NCBI GenBank assembly: GCA_963693365.1
Contig: CAVNZM010000005.1
Location: forward strand, 6,699,888-6,763,887
DNA: 64,000 nt
Direction: 5' to 3'
From: Amoebidium appalachense
Taxonomy: Eukaryota > Protista > Ichthyosporea
Part shown: in pieces, positions 36,166 through 49,495 of the stretch
Numbering within the stretch: the first letter of the stretch is position 1
How the letters are laid out: each line of letters opens with the position of its first letter
The notes under the pieces: model-generated
What the model was told of the DNA's origin: nothing
Database searches by the model: none
Seen by the model: the letters and a program-made list of their open reading frames with translations, nothing else
Position numbers and translations under genes: made by a program

Positions 36166-37167
36166 TCATAACATGGCAACACTGGCGTGAGGTGCAAAAA
36201 CTACAGACGTTCTGTTGTGACAGAGTAACGTTTTCCAGTTTCCATTCGCTGATTGTGCAAAAACATCTGCAGGCTCTTGCAACTTGTATAAGTTGTATCC
36301 TGTGTGTGTCTCTTCATACAGGATATCCAGTGTTCTGGTGTGGTTTGGCTGGAGTACTAAGTGGCGGGGTTTTAGGCGGTTCATAAAGGGTGTCAAGTCC
36401 AGATCCTTCTTGTTTTGTCATGGAGCAGAGGCGTCAAATAAACCAACAGAAAAGTCCTGGTCAACCTCTTTTACTTCACCATCAACTGAACTGTACGAAG
36501 GAGGCGACACTTTAGGCACATATTCGCTTGTCATAAAATACTCAAACAAAAAGGCACGCAGCAGGTCTGGCTTTTTAATGGCTTGCAGAAGATTTGCACG
36601 AGCAGATTCAATTAAGGCAATTTGGTGTTGTAGGTGTGTGCCGAGTGGGTGTGCAAGTGTAAAAGCCTGACGCAAAGCCTGTGATGTCTGGTTTTTGTGC
36701 ATAGTGGTGAGAGATGCCATATGTGTTGGTGAATGCCTCGTGTATTCTTTAGCAGTGTCAAGTGCACGGGCCGATTTTCTGAGGTGTGTGCGTGAAAATC
36801 AAGATCATCCTCATTTTTGCAAATGATGCATTGTGTCCAAGTTTCCCACTTCCAAAGACTCAACATTTCACTTCCCGCAAGGTACAACAGAGGGCCGACA
36901 AGTGCAGGGTTGTCAAGGGTACGCCACAGCATGTGCATGCACTCAACGTTATCATAACCTAGAACTGTGAACAGGGAAACGGTTTGTTGGGAGTTGACAT
37001 GTGATAAAAGAGACGGAAACGTGTAATTTGTAAAGGAAGTGACACTGTGCGTGGCACACATCAGTCTTGTAATTATTCACGTAGTACTCCAGGTACGCGG
37101 AGAGCTGTGGCGGCGTCTGCGCCATAATTGCGGCTAGAAGAAGCCACAACACAGCAACGATGGCCAT
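36166..37167 (-). pseudogene. Decayed intronless gene for an unknown secreted or membrane-anchored protein (~330 codons), Helitron cargo
   Basis: Hydrophobic N-terminus MAIVAVLWLLLAAIMAQT. Four consecutive same-strand ORFs (36952-37296, 36612-37061, 36418-36720, 36166-36396) are linked by two frameshifts and one in-frame TGA. Confidence 0.55.
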
Positions 37168-38252
37168 TGCAGACCTTGAAGAAGAGTTTTGTACTACCAC
37201 ACTGCTCTCCACAGTACTACAACTTCGAATTCTGTCTAGTGAAAACTGACGTGCAGCGCCGTTTAATATGACTTTATCGGTAAATCTAGCGACCAAAATT
37301 TGGAATTTGCAGAAATGCGGACGTAAACCCTCAGAGCTTGTGTTGATTGTGCGCGGCCCGCCTTACAAAAAAATAAATACAGCTGGATAACTTTTCAAAA
37401 CCTTGCTACTGAGTCGTGCCTTACAGGTGCATGCGCATGCAAGCGGCACACGGACCCTGGGTCCGTGAGCGTGCGTTCGGCGCATGATCCGCTAATTTTG
37501 TCATACGGAGACAGTTCTGAATTAGATAACTTATACCCCTTTTCTAAGTGTGAGTAAAGAACTTCAGATATGGTGTCTCTATGAAAACTACTCCGGGACG
37601 TGTGTTGCCTCTAGGGGGACATCCCCTTGGACGAAAGTGAACCTGCAATGGTTGTAAACCACGGCAGGCCCCCAGTCATCAATTTATTGATCCGTGAGGT
37701 CCTTGTGCCCAAAAAACGGGGGAAGTCTTCGCCCCGTGAAAAAAACAGCACGTATGTGGGGATCAATGGGGGTTGAGTGTAGGGTGTAGGTGGGTGGGTG
37801 AAAAAGAAAATATAGCTGTAAAGCTGTAGGTGCTAAACACAGAAGATGTGTTGTTGCTTGCTGATCTGCTAAAAACTGTCGTGCTTATATACCTACGGCT
37901 ACCGAACTGAGCCAATCAAAACCGATCTAGTGTTATGTGAAATCTTATCCTGAGCCAATCAAACTCGGTCTAGTGATCTGTGGAATCTGATGTTTGGATC
38001 GGCTAATAGGTGCCCGTATGCGGGCAGCCGAACGCGAACTGCTAAAACATGAAACGAAGCCTGTAGATATCGGACACCCATCCTACGTATTTACCCAGAA
38101 AAATATTTATGTCAATAATTTCCACAAATAAAACCTCTATGAAAACTACTCCGGGACGTGTGTTGCCTCTAGGGGGACATCCCCTTGGACGAAAGTGAAC
38201 CTGCAATGGTTGTAAACCACGGCACGAGAGCAGTATGCTTGCTCCAAAGGTT

Positions 38253-39284
38253 TCACTTAAGAATAGAGGCGAATACACGTGTGGTAGTGGCAGCAATGGA
38301 GGCCGGACGAAGTCGGGTATAGATCAGGAAACAGTCGGAGGACCACCTGCCGAGTTGTTTGATCCGGGAGTCGTCGACCCCGGCCTCAGCCAGTGCTGTG
38401 GCCCCCCCGATGCGGAGGCTGTGTCCGGCAAACCGGGAGGGTGAGAGGCCTGCCCGGGAGAGGAGGGCACGGAAGTCGGCAGAGAAAGCACTCTTGGTGT
38501 AGGGGATGCCACCGAGACTGAAGAGGGGGTCGTCGGGTTGACCGGACGTTGTATCCAGGAACTGCCGGAGGAGATGGGCTGGGGAGAAGTGGGTGAGGGG
38601 CAGGGCAGCTAGAGTGACGTTGACACCTCGGGCCTGTACATCCGTCTTAGAGGTTGGCAGGTGGAGGGTGGCATGGGACAAAGTACCGGTGGGGGTGTAG
38701 GTGAAGGTCACGTCTTTCCGTTTAACGTGACGGGACGGGTCGAAAGAAGTCAGGGTCTTGGAGGTAAATTCCCCTGACCGGAGGAGACCACAGAAACCGA
38801 CGATGAGGGCCGTCCATAGCCGGAGATTGGCCGAGGAGGCCTTGGTGGGGCACTGGCCGTGAAGTAGGCTGAGGTGGGAGGGCAGGAGGGGTTCCCTGGT
38901 GGATGAGCGGGGTCGGATGTTGTGAGAAAGCTGCCATCTGCCCACCCCCCGTAGGAACCAGGCCAGAGACTTGTCGTGGGGGTAGGGAGCAGGGAGGCCC
39001 ATGTCGAGGTGGAGCCTGGTGATGGCCGAATTGTAGCCGGTTAAGGAAGAGGCCTGTACCCCTCGTTGGGCACACCAGGCGAGAAAAAGTTGCACGGTGT
39101 GTGGGGAGGCCGGGAGGGAGGACCCGGAGGGGGATTGCAGCCGAGATGCCACACAGAAATCGATGAACACTTTTTGCACCCGGGAGTAAAAGGCCCGAGA
39201 GTCGAGGTTGAGACTCAGGGCCTGGCATTCCTGCAGGGTAGTGGTGGCTCGAAGCAGCTCGGCCGGAGCAAAGTGGGGGGCCAA
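38253..39284 (-). CDS. Ngaro tyrosine recombinase (copy 2)
   Basis: 343-aa ORF nearly identical to 24343-25374, with RSGE / HSLR / LGRW / Y motifs. Confidence 0.93.
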   Translation of the reverse strand: MAPHFAPAELLRATTTLQECQALSLNLDSRAFYSRVQKVFIDFCVASRLQSPSGSSLPASPHTVQLFLAWCAQRGVQASSLTGYNSAITRLHLDMGLPAPYPHDKSLAWFLRGVGRWQLSHNIRPRSSTREPLLPSHLSLLHGQCPTKASSANLRLWTALIVGFCGLLRSGEFTSKTLTSFDPSRHVKRKDVTFTYTPTGTLSHATLHLPTSKTDVQARGVNVTLAALPLTHFSPAHLLRQFLDTTSGQPDDPLFSLGGIPYTKSAFSADFRALLSRAGLSPSRFAGHSLRIGGATALAEAGVDDSRIKQLGRWSSDCFLIYTRLRPASIAATTTRVFASILK

Positions 39285-39315
39285 TCTGCCAGCGTTGCTC
39301 CGGAACGGGAGATCT

Positions 39316-39347
<32 letters not shown>

Positions 39348-39350
<3 letters not shown>

Positions 39351-40990
39351 GCCCAAGGGAAGGGATAGGAACTCATGGACCCAGGAGGGGAAGGGGCAGG
39401 GCTCCGGTTGCAGGGATGGTCGGAGTCGTCGGGCCCGGGGAAGTTGGTTACGAGAAATGGCATCGGCCAGATGGTTGAGGGGTCCTGGTAGGTAGGATGC
39501 CTGTAACGTAAATTGGTATTGCATTTCCATGCGGGTGATGAACCGAATAAGTTTGGCCATCACGGGGTGGGGGGAAGACCGGGAGTGCAGGTCAGACACA
39601 GCACCCGTGTTGTCGCATAAAATACGGACATGGTGGGTGGACCAGGAGGGGGCCCAGAGGGCCACGGCGGCTGCGATGGCCAGGAGTTCGATTACGGAAG
39701 AACCGAGTTTACCCTCATGAGCATAGAGGGCTTGGGTGGAGGGGGACCAGGGCATGAAGAACCATTGGTCGAGCCAGTGGCCTCCTAGACCCACCGATCC
39801 GGCAGCATCGGTGGCCAGGGTAGTGTATGTGGGGGGTGTGATGAGGTGCACCCCATTCCATGATGCGAGGAACTGGTGCCATTCGGCTATGTCGGCCCGG
39901 GCGGCAGCAGTCAGTCGTATGTGGTGGTGGCCGGCAAGGTGTGGGTGGGTCCGGAGAAGGGCCCATAGGCGCTGGGAGAAGGCCCTCCCGGGGGGAACCA
40001 GCTGGGCACACCAGGTGAGTTTGCCGAGGAGGGACTGGAGGTCCCGAATGGTGATGGTGGGCTTTGGGTGGGCAGTGAGGTCGAGTAGGTCCGAGAGCTT
40101 GGAAGCCGGGATTCGTGCCTCCATGGCGATGGAGTCGAATTCGATACCGATGAAGACGACACGGGTAGCCGGGCCCTGCATCTTGTCTTCGGAGATGGCA
40201 ATGTGCAGCTCTCGGCAGAGTTGCAGGAAGGTGGAGAGGTGACGTTGGCACTGCTCTTGTGTGGGGGCGACTATAATCCAGTCGTCCACGTAGTGGCGGA
40301 TGAGGGTAATACCGTGCTGGTGTGCCAGCCACTGTAGGGTGGCCGCGATCCGTTCCCAGATGGCTGGGCTAGATTTCAGGCCGAAGGGCAGTCTGGTTTC
40401 AACGTAAAAATGCCCCAGCCATTTGAATGCCATTAAGTGATGGTCTTCTGGTCGGATGGGCATGTGCCGGAAGGCAGCCTGCACATCTGCCACGGCCATG
40501 TAGCAGCCGGGGCCTGCGTCGAGAATGAGCTGGGTGACGTCCCGGGCGCGAATGTACTGAAGTTCGTCGGGGTAGGTGATGCTGTCATTGACACTGCTAC
40601 CCCGGGGCCAGGAGAGGTGGTGGATTCGACGGTACTTGGGGGGGTTCCCTTTCTTGGTAACAGCGCCGATGGGGGAGGAACGGTGGACCGGAAATTCGTC
40701 AAAGAATTGGGCCGGGGAGAGGGGGCCGCGCAGATGGCCGAGGGCGACCTCTTTGGCAATATCCGCCGTGATAGCGGAAGCTGCCTCCGGGGTGGTGGGT
40801 AGGTTGGGGCCCACCCGAGAGGTGGAGGGGCCGCGATAGCCGATGTCGACACCGAATTCGACATCGTGGAGGAGTTGTGCGGCGAATGATTGGTCTGGGT
40901 AGGAGGCCAGCAGTTCCCGGAGGCGGGAGGTGTCAATGTGGTGCTGGGGCAGCGGGCGGGCCTCCGGGTCTGAGCCTCGGGGGAAGGGGT
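39348..40990 (-). CDS. Ngaro RT/RNase H (copy 2; 5' boundary uncertain)
   Basis: ORF 39348-40814 with YVDD and RNase H motifs. Similarity to copy 1 continues upstream to about 40990. Confidence 0.9.
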
Positions 40991-41448
40991 GGTTAGCAAG
41001 GGTGGGGCACCCTCGGGGAGATCCCGGCAGCGGGGGGGGGGGGGGGGGGGGGGGAGGGGGGGGAGGGGGGGGGGGGCAGCAGGGCCCCGGGAGGGGTTAG
41101 AGTAGGGCAGCTGGGCCCGAGTGAGGGTTGGCAGGGAGGGCAGCGGGGCCCTGTGCAGGGGAATGTGCCCGAGCACGCGGGGGTGTGGGCGGACACAGAG
41201 GTAGAAGAAGGGGGGGGGAGGGAGTGCTAGGTGAGTGTAAGGGGGGGGGGGAGGCTCGTGGGATGGGGGGGAGTAAAATTATGTGCAGTGGCCAGAATAA
41301 ACGTCTTTGTGTAGGGACATTTATTCTTGACGAGCGCGGGCGCCGTAGTTGGCCTGCGAAATTTTGTATCCGTTTCCCTGTACTCGTGTGTCCTAGCTCC
41401 TAACCCCTATGTTCTAGCTGTGTGACACTGTGTGGGTGTGCGCGTAGA

Positions 41449-42618
41449 CTAGGCATTGAGCTTGCAGTCTTTGCGGGGGTGTGTGCCAGAGCAGAGCGGG
41501 CACACGTGGGAGAAGGGGCAGGGCTGCTTAGCGCAGGACCGACCGTTAATGTGGAAATTCCTGCAGTGCGTCGCGGGTAGATCCACGGGTCGGGCCGGTT
41601 TGGCCGGGCCGGGTTGCGGGCCAGGGCGGTTAGGGGTTTGACCCCCGCCGGGCTTGTGGGGCGGTTTGAAGCCGTCAAGACCACAGCCGGGCTTGGGGTA
41701 CATGGGGCAGGCCGCGCTGGGGTGGTCGGGGAAGCCACAGCGCTGACATGCGTCCGGGATGAGCAGAGTGGGTGGCAGGAGGAGATCCTGGTGGAGTTGG
41801 GCGAGCAGGTTGGGACACTCGATCGGGGCCCGACCCTGCTGGTGGGCAACGGTTCGGGCGTATACGTCATAGTTGTGGATCTGGGCCCACGGGTATCGGG
41901 TGCTGAGGCGAGTGATGTGCTGAGTCCAAAGTACGTCTTTGTCCGTGGGGAGGCCGAGGTGGTGCTTGGCGGCCATGTAATGGGTCCAAGCTTGGATCCA
42001 AATGACGAGTGAACGCAGGGGAACGGGTTTGTCTTGGCGAAAAGTCTCGATGCTGCCGTCGTCGGCCATGCGCAGATGCTGACCTTTCTTGGATGGGGCC
42101 AGGAGGGCGGCGGGGGTGAACTTATACAGGTCGACGAAACGATTGGCGCGCAAATCTGCCAGCACATCCGCGGGGGGAAGTGGGAGTGTGCCCGGCTGAA
42201 TGTCGCCAGTGTTCTCACCTGTGATGGGGGGCGCGGGCAGGGCAGGTAGGTCTAGGTCAGGGCCGAGATGCAGCCCCGGGGAAACCTCCCCGGGTGCGGA
42301 GGGCGCGGCGGGGGGCGCGGGAGGGTCGCGGTTGGTGAGAGCAGCCAGGACGCCAGCCATCTGGGTGCTGATGGCGGTGAGGGCGGCAAGGACGGCGTCT
42401 TGAGAAGTCATCTGCGGGGACGGCGGGGCCTGAGGGGGGATTTCAGGAGGGGAGGGGAGACTAGCCGGCGGGTCCGGGTCCGTGGTGGTATGGGCCGCTG
42501 GAGGCGCGTCAGTGTCCGCGGGAGCGTTGGTCAGCCTGTGGCGGAGGTCGCTGCGGGTCAGGCGCTTGGGTGCCGCGGCAGGGGCGGTGGCTGAGGCCTG
42601 GCGCTTTTTCGGCGGCAT
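41449..42618 (-). CDS. Ngaro Gag-like ORF1, intact 389 aa
   Basis: ATG start MPPKKRQ and C-terminal CCHC/CCCH fingers. Confidence 0.9.
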   Translation of the reverse strand: MPPKKRQASATAPAAAPKRLTRSDLRHRLTNAPADTDAPPAAHTTTDPDPPASLPSPPEIPPQAPPSPQMTSQDAVLAALTAISTQMAGVLAALTNRDPPAPPAAPSAPGEVSPGLHLGPDLDLPALPAPPITGENTGDIQPGTLPLPPADVLADLRANRFVDLYKFTPAALLAPSKKGQHLRMADDGSIETFRQDKPVPLRSLVIWIQAWTHYMAAKHHLGLPTDKDVLWTQHITRLSTRYPWAQIHNYDVYARTVAHQQGRAPIECPNLLAQLHQDLLLPPTLLIPDACQRCGFPDHPSAACPMYPKPGCGLDGFKPPHKPGGGQTPNRPGPQPGPAKPARPVDLPATHCRNFHINGRSCAKQPCPFSHVCPLCSGTHPRKDCKLNA

Positions 42619-43527
42619 GCTGACCGGCGGACGGAAAGATAGGGAGAGTGAATGAAAAAGAAAATATAGCTGTAAAGCTGTAGGTGCTAAACACAGAAGA
42701 TGTGTTGTTGCTTGCTGATCTGCTAAAAACTGTCGTGCTTATATACCTACGGCTACCGAACTGAGCCAATCAAAACCGATCTAGTGTTATGTGAAATCTT
42801 ATCCTGAGCCAATCAAACTCGGTCTAGTGATCTGTGGAATCTGATGTTTTGATCGGCTAATAGGTGCCCGTATGCGGGCAGCCGAACGCGAACTGCTAAA
42901 ACATGAAACGAAGCCTGTAGATATCGGACACCCATCCTACGTATTTACCCAGAAAAATATTTATGTCAATAATTTCCACAAATAAAACCTAGATATTTTT
43001 AAGAAGAAAGTGCGCAAGGAGGCGCACCACGTACGATCTTAGAGAATGCATACCGATACACATTTTTCTGCAACCTAGATCATAAAATTTCAAAATTTTA
43101 TCGACGCGACACCTTTATTACATGATACACACTGATACTGATACAGCATCTGAGCTATTACCCTGGGATATACCAATATATCCAAAATACGAACTTCTTC
43201 CTAAGTACTTGGGGGCGCTCTATAGTATTAGTATTGATGGTTCCTGGCGTATGCGGCCCCAGGCGGTCCCCAAGTACGCGGGGGCGGGACAGCCTCGGGA
43301 ACAGGCTAAGTACGTGACTGGGAAGAGCAGGAATAAACAGATAGACTATTCTATCATAACAACTACACACACCGTGCCACACACACACACACACACACAC
43401 AAAGTGCTAAGGGAAATGAATAGAAAACTTTGCAGTATGATAAGTTATTCAATTTGGCAACTGATAGGCACTTCGGAAAAAAGGAGTAGGAAAGAAATCG
43501 GACTCTGGGCAATGTTGGCCCATCGAT

Positions 43528-43924
43528 CAGGGTTGGGCTGGGGTTGGCCAACTTAACTTTGGCCAATCGTAACGGACAGTTTCTTAATCGTCACGGGGGG
43601 TTCTTCGGGATCTGCAAGCCCAGCTAAAAACGCCCCTCCAGTCACAAAACTCAAAATACGCGTTTTCACAAATTAAGTATCGCACAATTACAAACCCTGG
43701 ACACTTGTCAGGGCTCGATATTGCTCATGAGAAGCGCTGTAGATATGTTCTTGAACAGAAATATTGAAAAAAAATAGGTACAGTTAGATATTAGGGGGCC
43801 TTAAAGCGTTTATAATGCTATGCATCTGATACGAAAGCTGTTACGACGGCACCCTAACCTTATTCGTATCGGGGTCTTTCGTTAATCGTAATTACGACGA
43901 TTTTTTTTCGTAATCCCCCCCCTG
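43528..43924. mobile_element. hAT-type MITE (~400 bp)
   Basis: Ends CAGGGTTGGG ... CCCCCCCCTG. 8-bp TSD CCATCGAT (43520-43527) / CTATCGAT (43925-43932) with one mismatch. Subterminal AATCGT repeats. Confidence 0.65.
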
Positions 43925-43992
43925 CTATCGATGGACATTATTTATGGCTCTGTCAGTAACACTGCTTGAAGGGCCAAGGAAGGGAACAAAAG

Positions 43993-44449
43993 TTTCTTTT
44001 GACTCGAATTTATTGATCCGTTGATGAAGGCAACGTGTATCCACAGGCTACATAACCACCAATAGAACTGAAAAAGCCAAAGCTACGAAATAAAAATAAA
44101 GCGACAAGTGACAAATTTAAAGGACACCAGCGGGCAAAACCGTAAGTGTACGTGTATGCATATGCGTGAAACTAGTTTGCTCCAACTAGTCATAATTATG
44201 CATCGATGTTGACCAGACCACACTCTGCAAGAAGACAACATTACTGCTTCTTCCCAACAGGCCCCCCCTCAAAACCTATCGAGGCACAGCAAGCAAGCTG
44301 CAGCCTCTAAAAGAGCAATGCAGACCAAATCTGAGCTAAAAAACAATCCCAACGGGCCCGGCCCCTAGATAACCCGGAGAAACTGCATCTAGCTCTCTGA
44401 TAAGGTGGCCTAGTTGTGGCAGGACACACAGAAAAGCACGATTACAGAA
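43993..44449 (-). repeat. Inverted partner of the 1477-1929 repeat
   Basis: Reverse-complement similarity over ~450 bp. Confidence 0.9.
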
Positions 44450-44669
44450 CATCAAGTTGATTTACACAGGCCATTTTAGTTATAATGATTGGTGGGTCAG
44501 TCGTAGGTGGGTCCCCGATAAGTGAGGCCCCCCGGGGCCGATTTTGGGGGCCCGCGGGGGAGGGGGGGGGGGGGGGGGGGAGGTTTGACTGTGTATGTGT
44601 ATGTGTGTGTTTTTTGGTTTGGTTTCCTTTTCTTTTTGGAAGGGGGTCCTCTTCGGGTGCATATGCCCC

Positions 44670-44703
<34 letters not shown>

Positions 44704-44878
44704 AGCCTTTTACTTCCCCCCCCCCCCCCCCTCCCCCTCCCCTCACGATTCTAAAATGCTACTAATGGTTGCTCGCAATGTCACCCTCCTCACCACCAGT
44801 CGACAAAGCGATATCATAGTTGTCACTATTTTCGCTCCTCATCATGGTTCTGTCAGCGTGTGGCCCTCCCCCTCCCCA

Positions 44879-44914
<36 letters not shown>

Positions 44915-45420
44915 TCGCCCCCTCCCCCTTCCTCTCCCACAGGCCCGGGTGATCTTAAAAATCCACAAGGTTTGGTAGGTTCTTTTATCTTAGTTTTTCG
45001 GCTTAAAAAAAAAAAAAAAGCAGGCTATTTATCTTACAGTAATGATTTCAGATTATCTTAATGTTAGTCAGTGACACCCCCTGTGTCAGAATTTATGGCC
45101 ACATGTACATATGCTAAGTTTTGCCTCACTGAGCTTATAAGGCCCTTTATACTAACAACCTCTTCCTCGCTACCAACAGTGACACTCGAAGCCCTCATCT
45201 ACCGCACTACTGTCCAGCTGCTGTGAACGGCTTCCCAAGGTTTGCCCAGGCCGATTTCCAGCGATATAAGTCACACTCGGAGCACCTGGCCATACCGTTG
45301 CTTTCCTTGCGTCAGAGATCGGATTCGGTTTTGGCAGAGAACTTCTAGAGCGGCTCAGCCGAGTAAACAATTTCTTTGAGAAACCATTCGTCACGTCACC
45401 GTGGCACCACTTTGTCAACC

Positions 45421-48053
45421 ATGGCCGAACCTCGAAGTTCAAGGAGTTGGCTGGTACCCTTGTGGTTGCCGCGGTCGCCGCCGCCGCGCTCAACGTATGT
45501 CCCATCAGAAACCCAAATGCAACGGCAGCGGGTGGCCCAGCAAAGATTCAGGGACTCAGGCTGTACATGCCGGATGCTTCAGGCAGCGGCGGCAGCGGCG
45601 CTGCCCTGTCGAGCTACTAGTACTTTGTGCATCCCCTATGGACATACACAGACAGCCCTACTGGTAATGTAATTCAGGAGGCAGGAATGCTCTATCACGG
45701 CCTCACTGTGCCAGGGCCTGGCCTGCTTTACGACCCTCGCTTCTACTTCAAGCAGGCCTACTTGTCGCCCTGGACAACTCTGCATGCGAGGTACGAATTA
45801 GCCCTTACTAGTATGGACTACAGTGGGTCGCCTCTCATTGACGTCACGGTCTACGTGCCCTCCGCCAATGACGTCTACCCAAACTCGGTAACCTACAGCC
45901 CGACAATGGCGCAGGCTCAGTGGACCACCGTCACATACACACCATTCACCTTCGACATGGTGCTTTCCTGGTCCCCCTCCACCGTCAAGGCGACGTTTTC
46001 CGGCCCAACGGGTGATGGGTTTGGGCGGACGGCAGCGGCAACATCACGGCCAACGGCACGATCAAATCCGGGTATAAGGTCCAGGTACCTCCTGCTGCGT
46101 GGGCCAAAAGCACTGGCAACTTGAACTGCCGCATCGTGTTCGACCTGACAGCCATGTCGCGCGAGGCCTTCGTACTGCGTACGGTTAAGATGGGCGCCAA
46201 CTGCAGCGCCGAGGGAAGCAACCTACCCGTGTACCCCGTCGGCTGGGATGCTGCCGCAAACGAGCAGCGCTGTCCGAGTTGGGATAACCTGGGCATGAGC
46301 TTTTCCCTCTCCGACGGTTTCCACTACAAAAACACTGCCGCCGACCCAACCTGCACCTCCGCAAACAGCAGTTTATTCTCCGTCCTTGGGTCGATGCCCT
46401 GGGGCCTGTGGCCGCTGCAGAAGCCTTCGCTCCTCTCCATGTGGAACGGCATTGCCGAGGCGTCATGCGTGCTTGGCCCGACTCGACCCGACGTAAAGTC
46501 GCGGCGGGCTACTACACAGTCAATGACAAAGGCGTTTTTTTCCTCACCCACTATAACCCGGCCCTGACCCCGATAGCTTACAGTGCGTATCTGTCCATTG
46601 CCCTGGTGGTGCAAATGGTGTCACCCCTAGCCGCCGACAAATACTCGCTGACCCTGACGCCCACTGGGACACTGTACAGTCCGTCAACTGGCACCTCCCA
46701 GATGTACACAGCCTGGCCAAAGTCTGGCACTGTCATGCAAGCCGGCTATGCCCTGACCCCCTCCGCCGCGAACACCCACGCCCGCCCCGTCAGCACCATC
46801 ATCACCCTGCAGCCAAGCTTTGCGCCCGTCACTTGCGAAGAGTTCTACATAGCCCACACCACGACTGTTGGCAGCGTGATTCTACCACACAAGACCTTCA
46901 CCATATATCGTGGGCGCCGGACGTCCCTGGGTATGTTCGCTCGCTCACCGCTCCTTGCACTTTGACTTACAAAGGCATGAATGTGGCTACTGCCGGGTCG
47001 CTTGTGAACGGCGGCACATACGTTCTCAGCAGTGCCAGCTGCGGCCAACTCATCCTCGGCTTCAAAACAAAGCAAATGCTGCATCCTTTGTCCGTATTCA
47101 AGGTCAACGTTACCTATGGTGACTGGGTCACCAAACCTACCACCAGCGGCTGGGGCCAACACGTCGGCTGCGCAAACTTCATCGTGGTGGGTGTGGGTGT
47201 CACCGGCAACAACGGGACGTGCTCCGGCACCTGCCGTGTGGGCAGGTATTTAAAGAACGGTGTGTGCGAGGTTTTGGACGGGACGTCGAGCACAGAGCCC
47301 TTGGCCCCGCCTGCCCCAGGATCTTCCTCGTCCAGCACGCTCGTAAGCACCGTGGACCCGTGCGCGGCCGGCAATCACAACTGCCCAGCACATAGCACGT
47401 GCGTTGCCAACAACGTCACCTGCCGCTGCCCAACGGGATACACGGGAGCGGCGTGCGAACAAAACGTCAACGAGTGCGTGTCCATGCCATCGCCTTGCGC
47501 ATCTGTCCCCAACGCCACGTGCGTGGACACCGTCGGGGGCTACGTTTGCCTGGTCAACACCACGACCGTTGCAACCACAACGGTCACAGCTACACCGCCC
47601 ACTACCACCATTACGACCACTTCAGTCTCTGTTGCAACCACAACCATCACACCCGCTCCCGCAACCATTACAGCAACGACGACAGCATTCGCCAGCGGGG
47701 CCCAAGCCACGGCAACGGTCACCAAGACGGTGTCAGCAGCGCCGGCCAGCCTGCAGACGGCAGCGGCAGCAACGGTTACTGTGACGGTGACGTCTACTTC
47801 TACAGCCACGTCTACGGCAACGGGCGTAGCAGTGTTTTCGGCGCAAGGTGGGCTGTCCCCGCAGTGCCCTCTCCCTGGTCAAATGTTGAACATGACTGCC
47901 CAATCCACCAATATATCGTCGCTTTTGTCACGTGCCACGAGCCTATTGGGCGCCGCCCTCGGCCAGCGGTTTTGTCTTAATGTGCATTTGCCCATTCATG
48001 GCCCGTTCCTGTTTGCGTGCGCGGAGAATTTTAGTGTGCAGCTGGCTGAATGA
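45421..48053 (+). pseudogene. Frameshifted intronless gene for a large secreted protein with EGF/EGF-Ca repeats and a Thr-rich mucin-like stalk
   Basis: Signal-like LAGTLVVAAVAAAALNVC and overlapping ORFs in successive frames (45627, 46121, 46408, 46833). EGF motifs DPCAAGNHNC..CRCPTGYTGAACEQNVNEC..CVDTVGGYVC, then a poly-Thr tract. GC-rich, coding-like composition. Confidence 0.75.
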
Positions 48054-48814
48054 ATCTGAGAGCAGGATGACTAGTACTGTGTATTCAATGCCTACTTTCA
48101 AAATCTGGCGTTATTCATTGACTGTGCATTATAACAGTGTTTGGCAAGTTGAAATTCCAAAGTTTTGCTCAATCCGAGTCACCGTGATACACAAAATTAT
48201 GATCGAAATTTGGACATGAGCCTCCGGATATGTTGTGCCGCGCTGTAGATAAGCTTAAGGGTTGTTGACGAAATGGACTCAAGATACCAGATGTGTGGCA
48301 TACTGTAAAGTTGTGGCCTCAGCAGGCGTTGAAAACCCGTAGAACAAATTATTCCGCGGCAGGACTAGGGGTTGACTAGCCGAGGTTTTGCTCATTATTG
48401 CTCTATAAACCTGAACATAGCATAGTCTGAGCACACATAACTGTAATTTCAGTTTAAGTTACCGTGGTCTGGAATATGAAAATAAACAAGTCCCCCCTCA
48501 GTCACACGGATGTGGCTAGCCGGGCCTGGAATGTTAAAACTTCAGTAAAAAAAAACTTGAAAAACTAATGATTATCAAACTATGTTAATGACTTACATTA
48601 TGGCATATTCAACTGTCGAAGTATAGGCATACTATTAGTAATGATTATGGCGCTTTGCGATTCAACCTGAGCTAGACGGGCTTTGGGCTTCATATTATAC
48701 ACACACTACTGGGGGGCCCGGGGGGGGGTGGGGGGGGGGGGTGGGGGGGGGGGGGGGGGGGGGTGTTGCACCCACCTCACGATGCGAAAACCACTCACAC
48801 GTGGAGCGTGGACG

Positions 48815-48862
<48 letters not shown>

Positions 48863-49368
48863 GCTCACTCACAAACACCTTCACGCACAACACATCCGAT
48901 GTGGGTTATGAAAATCTGGCGTCACGATAACACCGTGGGAGCACACCATCATCGGCATGCACACACACACACACACACACACATGAACACACTGACACAA
49001 ACCTGAAACTTAGGTCATATTATCCGGCCCACACACACACACACACCATCCGCCATGCACATCGACATTAAGCCCAACACACACGCGGTGCCGCAGCACT
49101 GCCACGAACAGCATACACGCACGCACAGCCGGGAGAGTATCCGATGATAGTATTACACACCTTAATGTCCCCCTGCCCCCTCCCCCTCCCCCCCAACCCT
49201 TCTCCTGCTGCGACTGAAAAAGAAAATGAAAAGAAAGAAGGAAACAAATGACTGCAAAACACACTGAAAAAACCTCACGGGGGCTGGCCAAGCCGTAGGA
49301 CCGAGTGAGTCAGTTCTGCCCTTGGTGTTGCTGAATTCGACTAACCGGACCCCCCCCCCCTCCCCCTC

Positions 49369-49415
<47 letters not shown>

Positions 49416-49461
49416 CGCAATGAGACGGCACACGCACACACCCACCACCACTATCACCGTC

Positions 49462-49495
<34 letters not shown>

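Larger units (their letters stand above)
37578..42989 (-). mobile_element. Ngaro-type tyrosine-recombinase retrotransposon, copy 2
   Basis: Same A1-ORFs-B1-A2-B2 split-repeat layout as copy 1, internal junction AAAACC|TCTATG at ~38135, highly similar to copy 1. Confidence 0.93.
29271..43237 (-). mobile_element. Non-autonomous Helitron (~1.8 kb of own sequence) expanded by nested Copia and Ngaro insertions
   Basis: Minus-strand 5' end A|TCAATACTAATACTATAG at 43237. GC hairpin CCCCGCCCC-AAC-GGGGCGGGG (29310-29330) followed ~13 nt later by CTAG (29293-29296). Inserted at A^T without TSD, judged from the empty site in the sister LTR (~12670, gacagttatggttcctggcg). Confidence 0.78.

Noticed and set aside
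37449-37467. Perfect palindrome CACGGACCC-T-GGGTCCGTG as a second Helitron terminator
   Set aside because: No CTRR at the expected distance on either strand.
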